A stretch of DNA of 64,000 nt, taken from assembly GCA_943372245.1 (NCBI GenBank), contig CALRXX020000019.1, positions 4,435 through 68,434 on the forward strand, given 5' to 3'. Both the position numbers and the translations under genes were made by a program. Of the stretch, positions 59,395 through 64,000 are shown piece after piece; position 1 is the first letter of the stretch, and each line of letters starts with the position of its first letter. The DNA is from a bacterium (GTDB lineage Bacteria; Pseudomonadota; Alphaproteobacteria; Caulobacterales; Caulobacteraceae). The notes beneath the pieces are model-generated. The model did no database searches. It was not told the origin of the DNA and was given only the letters and a program-made list of their open reading frames with translations.

Positions 59395-59765
59395 CAGATC
59401 GTCTGTCCCTGCGGGGCGGTGAAGTCGGAGACGGCGGCGTCCCCGGTGTTGATCACCTCGGACGGTTCGAAGATCAGCACCTCGGCCTCCTCATCCGCGG
59501 CGGTGCGATGTTCGACACCGCGCGGCACGACGATGAACTGGCCGGGATCGAGCGTCTCGATCCGGTCGCGGAACTCGACCCGGAACCGGCCCTTCCAGAC
59601 CAGGAACATCTCGTCGGCGTCGGCATGGCTGTGCCAGGGGAAGACGCCCTGCACCTTGACCAGCCGCACGTCCTGTCCGTTCAGTTGCGCCGCCACGCGC
59701 GGCCGCCAGTGGTCGGAGAAGGCGGCGAATTTGCCGGCCAGATCGATCGTCGCGCCCTGGGTCAC
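59394..59765 (-). CDS. Cupin domain protein
   Basis: WHSH..ADEMF, VVPRGVEHR. Confidence 0.9.
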   Translation of the reverse strand: MTQGATIDLAGKFAAFSDHWRPRVAAQLNGQDVRLVKVQGVFPWHSHADADEMFLVWKGRFRVEFRDRIETLDPGQFIVVPRGVEHRTAADEEAEVLIFEPSEVINTGDAAVSDFTAPQGQTI

Positions 59766-60826
59766 GGACGCAGGGCCTCATCGCCGTAGATGGCGACCGC
59801 GGCGGGCGAGGCGCTGGAGACGGAGCCGCGGTACATGCCCGAACTGGTCATGGCGAAACCGGGCTGTCCCTGAAGGTCCATGACGATGACGCCGCCGGAC
59901 CCGCCCAGCGACAGGGCGTCGTCCACCTCGGCCTGCGCTGCCGCCTGTGTCGGCGATCCAGCGGCGATGCGGCCACAGATGTCACGGGCGACGCTGGCGC
60001 GGATGTAGTATTCGCCGTCGCCCGTCGCCGAGACCGCACAGCCGTCGCGGTTCGAGGCATAGGTCCCGGCCCCCAGCACGGGCACATCCCCGACCCGGCC
60101 CCAGCGTTTGGCGGTGGTGCCGCCGGTCGAGGTGCCGGCCGCCAGCCGGCCCTGGCTGTCCAGCGCCACGGCACCGACCGTGCCGAATTTGCGCTCGTTC
60201 AGCGGCGGCGCGGGCAGGGTGTTTTCCGCCTGAGGTCCCGGTGCGCCGACCGGCCGTTCCGGGATCGGCATGTCGTGTGCGCGCAGATAGGTCGTCAACG
60301 CCTGCCAGCGGCGCTCGGTGAAGAAGAAGGCCGGGGGGACCTGCTGCAGTCCGACCGAGGCGGCGAATGCATCCGCCCCCTCGCCGATCAGCATGACGTG
60401 CGGGGACTGGTCCATCACCGCACGGGCGGCGGCAATCGGGTGTCGGGTGGTGGTCAGGCCCGCGACCGCGCCCGCCCTCAGGTCCGAGCCGTCCATCACG
60501 GCGGCGTCCAGCTCGTTGCGGCCCGCGGCGGTGAAGACCGCCCCGCGCCCGGCGTTGAACAGCGGATCGTCCTCCATCAGTTCGATGGCGGCCTGCACTG
60601 CGTCCAGCGACGACCCACCGGCGGCCAGCACCGCCGACCCGGCCTCCAGTGCGCGATGCAGGGCGGCGCGATAGGCGGCGTCCTGTTCGGGTGTCAGGCT
60701 GGCGCGCTCGATCACCCCGGCACCGCCGTGGATGGCGAAGGACCAGCGCGGTGCCTCTTGGGCGGCGGCGGGCGAGGCGAACAGGGCGAGGGCGGCTGCG
60801 GCGAGGGTCAGGCGGGTACGGAACAT
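59762..60826 (-). CDS. Isoaspartyl peptidase / plant-type L-asparaginase
   Basis: IHGGAG, FNAGRG, GTVGAVA, TSTGG, GRVGD, SATGDGE; signal peptide. Confidence 0.92.
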   Translation of the reverse strand: MFRTRLTLAAAALALFASPAAAQEAPRWSFAIHGGAGVIERASLTPEQDAAYRAALHRALEAGSAVLAAGGSSLDAVQAAIELMEDDPLFNAGRGAVFTAAGRNELDAAVMDGSDLRAGAVAGLTTTRHPIAAARAVMDQSPHVMLIGEGADAFAASVGLQQVPPAFFFTERRWQALTTYLRAHDMPIPERPVGAPGPQAENTLPAPPLNERKFGTVGAVALDSQGRLAAGTSTGGTTAKRWGRVGDVPVLGAGTYASNRDGCAVSATGDGEYYIRASVARDICGRIAAGSPTQAAAQAEVDDALSLGGSGGVIVMDLQGQPGFAMTSSGMYRGSVSSASPAAVAIYGDEALRP

Positions 60827-60873
60827 GGTCGGCCTTCCGGAAACGAGGACGCCAGCGTCGGCCAAGCGGCGGC

Positions 60874-61584
60874 TCAACTCAAGGCCTGACCGCAGCAGGG
60901 ACAGCCCGCGACCTCGACGCCGAACAGGGCGCGGATGCGGTCGGGGGCGAGGGCGCGCGCCGGGGAGGCGACCTCCATCCCGTCGGGACCGATCGCCAGC
61001 ACCCGGTCGGCGCGGGCGGCGAAGGGCAGGTGGTGGGTCGAGGCGATGACCACCCGGCCCCCGGCGGCGAGGGCGCGAATGGCCGCCTCGACCGCCTGGG
61101 CGTGGGCGGGGTCCAGCAGGGCCAGCGGTTCGTCCAGCAGACAGACAGGTGCGTCCTGCACGAACAGTCTGGCGATCAGGACCAGCTGCTGCTGGCCGCT
61201 GGAAAGGCGGTCGAATGGCCGGTCCGCGAGGTCGCCCACCTCCAGCCGGCCGAGCGCGCCGCGGGCGGCGTCGAGGTCCTCCGGCGTCAGGCCCGGCGAC
61301 CAGCGGCGCAGCCGGGCGCGGCCCAGGGCGGTCAGATGCAGGGCGGAGAAGCCGGCGGACACCGCGCCCGGCGGCGGCAGATACGCCGGGGTGCCGGTGT
61401 CGACGATCGCCCCGGCCAGCGGCGGCAGCAGGCCGGCGAGGGTCTTCAACAGGGTGGTCTTGCCGGTGCCGTTGGGGCCGATCAGGGCGAGAACCTCGCC
61501 GGCCTCTGTCGTCAGGTCCAGCGGCGGCAGGCGGAAATCCCTGCCCCGCCCGGCGACCAGACCCTCCAGCCGCAGACCGCTCAT
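60874..61584 (-). CDS. ABC ATPase, iron-chelate/cobalamin type
   Basis: GPNGTGKT, LSSGQQQ, LLDEP...LD, STHH. Confidence 0.88.
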   Translation of the reverse strand: MSGLRLEGLVAGRGRDFRLPPLDLTTEAGEVLALIGPNGTGKTTLLKTLAGLLPPLAGAIVDTGTPAYLPPPGAVSAGFSALHLTALGRARLRRWSPGLTPEDLDAARGALGRLEVGDLADRPFDRLSSGQQQLVLIARLFVQDAPVCLLDEPLALLDPAHAQAVEAAIRALAAGGRVVIASTHHLPFAARADRVLAIGPDGMEVASPARALAPDRIRALFGVEVAGCPCCGQALS

Positions 61585-62570
61585 GACCGCCTCGAGGTGG
61601 CGACGAACAGAATCAGGAAGGCGGGGGCACCGATGGCGGCGGACAACAGACCGACGGGGATCTCCGCGGGGCCGAAGGCGGTGGCCAGCCGGTCGATGAC
61701 GAGGGCGAACAGGGCCCCGATAGCCATGGAAGTCGGGATCAGCCGCCCGGCCCGCTCGCCGACGATGAGGCGGGCGGCATGGGGCGCCAGCAGGCCGATC
61801 CAGCCGACCACGCCCGCGACGGCCACGGCCGAGGAGGTCATCAGGGCGGCGGCGGCGAGGGCCAGCAGGCGCAGCGGCCGCGCGGGCAGGCCCAGCGACC
61901 GGGCCTGTTCGTCGCCCAGCGACAGGATGTCGAGCCGGAAGCCCAGCCAGATCAGCACGGCCGCGCCGAGGGCCACGGGAACCAGGGCGCCGGCCGCTTC
62001 GGGCAGGGTCGCCCGGGTGAAGCTGCCCAGCAGCCAGTAGGTGATCGACGGCAGCTGCGAATACGGCTCGGCGACCACCACGACGAGGCCGAGGCCGGCC
62101 GAGGCGAGGGCACCGGCCACGACGCCGCACAGGATCAGGGCGAGGCGGCCGTCGCCGCTGCGGGTCAGGGCGGCGCACACAAGCGCGAGGGCGCCGGCGG
62201 CCAGTCCGCCCGCAAAGGCCGCGCCCTGCACCAGCGCTGCGCCCGCGCCCAGCAGCAGGGCCAGGGCCGCGCCGAGCGCTGCGCCGGAAGACACGCCCAG
62301 CAGGTCGGGCGCCGCGAGCGGATTGCGGAACAGGATCTGGAAGCCGGCCCCCGCGCCGGCGAGGGCGGCACCGCAGGTCAGGGCCGCCAGCAGACGGGGT
62401 CCACGCAGGGCCAGCGCCAGTTCCGCCTCGGGCGAGCCCTGTCCGGTCAGGGCGGTCAGCAGGGCGTCCGGCGCCACACCCAGCGGCCCCGTCGCGAGCA
62501 CCACAAGCGCACCGGCCAGGGTCAGCAGGACAAGGACGGCCGGAAGCAGGGTGTCCCGGAGCCGGCTCAC
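61581..62570 (-). CDS. FecCD/BtuC family permease
   Basis: FRNPLAAPDLLGVSSGA, LGDEQARSLG, GWIGLLAPH, EIPVG. Confidence 0.9.
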   Translation of the reverse strand: MSRLRDTLLPAVLVLLTLAGALVVLATGPLGVAPDALLTALTGQGSPEAELALALRGPRLLAALTCGAALAGAGAGFQILFRNPLAAPDLLGVSSGAALGAALALLLGAGAALVQGAAFAGGLAAGALALVCAALTRSGDGRLALILCGVVAGALASAGLGLVVVVAEPYSQLPSITYWLLGSFTRATLPEAAGALVPVALGAAVLIWLGFRLDILSLGDEQARSLGLPARPLRLLALAAAALMTSSAVAVAGVVGWIGLLAPHAARLIVGERAGRLIPTSMAIGALFALVIDRLATAFGPAEIPVGLLSAAIGAPAFLILFVATSRRS

Positions 62571-63508
62571 CGGATCCACTGCGGCAGGGCCACCTCGACC
62601 GGCGCCATGCCGTACAGCCGTCGGGTCAGGCCGGCGAGGGTCATCCGGGAGCCTTCCGGATCGGCCAGCCAGGCGCAGGCCAGCAGCCGGTTCACCGACG
62701 GCGGCCGGTCGATCCAGCCGAACGGATGGTCGGGCAGGAGCAACAGCCGTCGACGCTGACCACCCCGGCGCGTGCGCCAGACCGGGTCGTGCCGGACCGT
62801 CTCCGCGAACACCGGACTCATCGTGACCAGGACCTCGGGGTCCCAGGCGGCGACCTGTTCCCTTGTCACCCGGCCGATGTCGCGCGACTCTGCGGCGACA
62901 TTGGTCCAGCCGGCGCCTTCCAGCACCTCGGTCGCCAGCGAGCCCTGGAAGCCGGTCTCCAGTCCGTCGGCGCCGCGGGCATAGTAGAAGGACCACCCGG
63001 CCGGGGCGCGACGCCAATTGTCCAGTACGGCGGCGGCCTCATCCGCCAGGGCGGCGGCGTCCCGCCCGGCGTCCAGCAGTTCGCCGGCTTCGCGGATGGC
63101 CTCGGGGATTTTGATCAGGGCGCCGTCGATCAGGCGCCAGTCCACGCCCAGCCGGGTCTTGATCCGGTCGCCGAGCGCCTGATTTTCGGGATCGGTGTCG
63201 CCATAGTCGATCACCAGCCGGGGGCCCAGAGCCGCCATGGCTTCCAGATTCGCGGGCTGTCCGCCGCCGCCCAGGGCGCCCAGTTCCGGCAGGTCCGCCG
63301 CGAGGGCGGGCAGGGCCGCCAGGGCCTCCGGCGACGGCTTGCGCGGCCACCCCGCCAGCCGGTCACGGGCCACGGCCCAGATCAGAAGGGCGGCCGGCTG
63401 ACCCGCCGCGATCACATTCACGGCCACGCGCGGCGGGGTGGTGCCGCACGCCGCAAGCGTGATCGCGGAGCCCGCTCCCATCAGCGCCGATCGCCGCGTC
63501 GTCATCAT
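62567..63508 (-). CDS. Periplasmic binding protein (Fe-chelate/B12 class), lipoprotein
   Basis: TRRSAL plus LAAC, NLEAMAALGP, EQVAAWDPE, PFGWIDRPP. Confidence 0.85.
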   Translation of the reverse strand: MMTTRRSALMGAGSAITLAACGTTPPRVAVNVIAAGQPAALLIWAVARDRLAGWPRKPSPEALAALPALAADLPELGALGGGGQPANLEAMAALGPRLVIDYGDTDPENQALGDRIKTRLGVDWRLIDGALIKIPEAIREAGELLDAGRDAAALADEAAAVLDNWRRAPAGWSFYYARGADGLETGFQGSLATEVLEGAGWTNVAAESRDIGRVTREQVAAWDPEVLVTMSPVFAETVRHDPVWRTRRGGQRRRLLLLPDHPFGWIDRPPSVNRLLACAWLADPEGSRMTLAGLTRRLYGMAPVEVALPQWIR

Positions 63509-63744
63509 CCCCGCACGCCCATACTGATTCGAAGCCATCCTGCCGTCTGGCCCGCCGGTGCGCCACCTCACAGCCAATTTACCCTTAACACTTGTCCGGT
63601 CATGCGCCCCGTGCTGCTTATGCGGCCTCGCGCGTCAGGTGGGGCGCAGCAATATGGGAGTGAGCCGTTGAGTAGAACGGACATTGGGGGGGCGCTTTCG
63701 GCGCCCGGCGGGTTCAAGTCCCGACGCATCCGGGGGGACCAGGC

Positions 63745-64000
63745 ATGAACATCGTCATCATAGCCGGCCTGATCATCACGCTTCTCACGGGCGTCCCCGT
63801 GCTGATGCAAATTCTGAAGAACCACCCGCGCGGACTGATCATCCTGTTCTTCGCCGAAATGTGGGAGCGCTTCTCCTACTACGGCATGCGCGGCATCCTG
63901 ATCTTCTTCCTGACGCAGCATTTCCTGTTCGACGACTCGATGGCGGGTTCGACCTACGGGTCCTACACATCGCTGGTCTATCTGCTGCCGCTGGTCGGTG
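63745..64000 (+). CDS. POT-family oligopeptide:H+ symporter (partial, runs off the window)
   Basis: HPRGL..LFFAEMWERFSYYGMR signature. Confidence 0.93.
   Translation, partial: MNIVIIAGLIITLLTGVPVLMQILKNHPRGLIILFFAEMWERFSYYGMRGILIFFLTQHFLFDDSMAGSTYGSYTSLVYLLPLVG

Noticed and set aside
63574-63589. CCAA-N7-TTAAC as a CtrA box
   Set aside because: Two mismatches in one half-site; likely chance

Overview
High-GC alphaproteobacterial chromosomal window. Gene content and regulatory motifs point to Caulobacteraceae, probably Brevundimonas (inference from fzlA, CtrA-like boxes, the alpha-type LexA box and an extended L21). It is mostly core genome: mtgA, a cobW/CDF metal cluster, rplU-rpmA, ilvA, queG-fzlA, uppP, rnd-lptCAB, rpoN-hpf-ptsN, a small heat-shock gene, aroA-cmk-rpsA-ihfB-mscL, a LexA-boxed imuA-imuB-dnaE2 cassette, hppD, arsR-aquaporin-arsC, a FecCD-type ABC importer, many exported peptidases and three tRNAs. 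I saw no integrase, transposase, CRISPR array or recognisable defence system, and no clear multi-gene novel system is proven. The best candidates for a second look are: (1) an HTH-fused citrate synthase homologue with its catalytic residues lost and an apparent CTG start; (2) an orphan two-gene unit plus S41 peptidase beside tRNA-Ala; (3) a 1.2 kb relic island bounded by a decayed copy of the tRNA-Leu(CAA) 3' part; (4) two intergenic elements made of inverted 7-bp tandem arrays; (5) a putative Zur-controlled metal cluster; (6) a His-rich membrane-anchored orphan. All calls come from reading motifs by eye; no searches were run.
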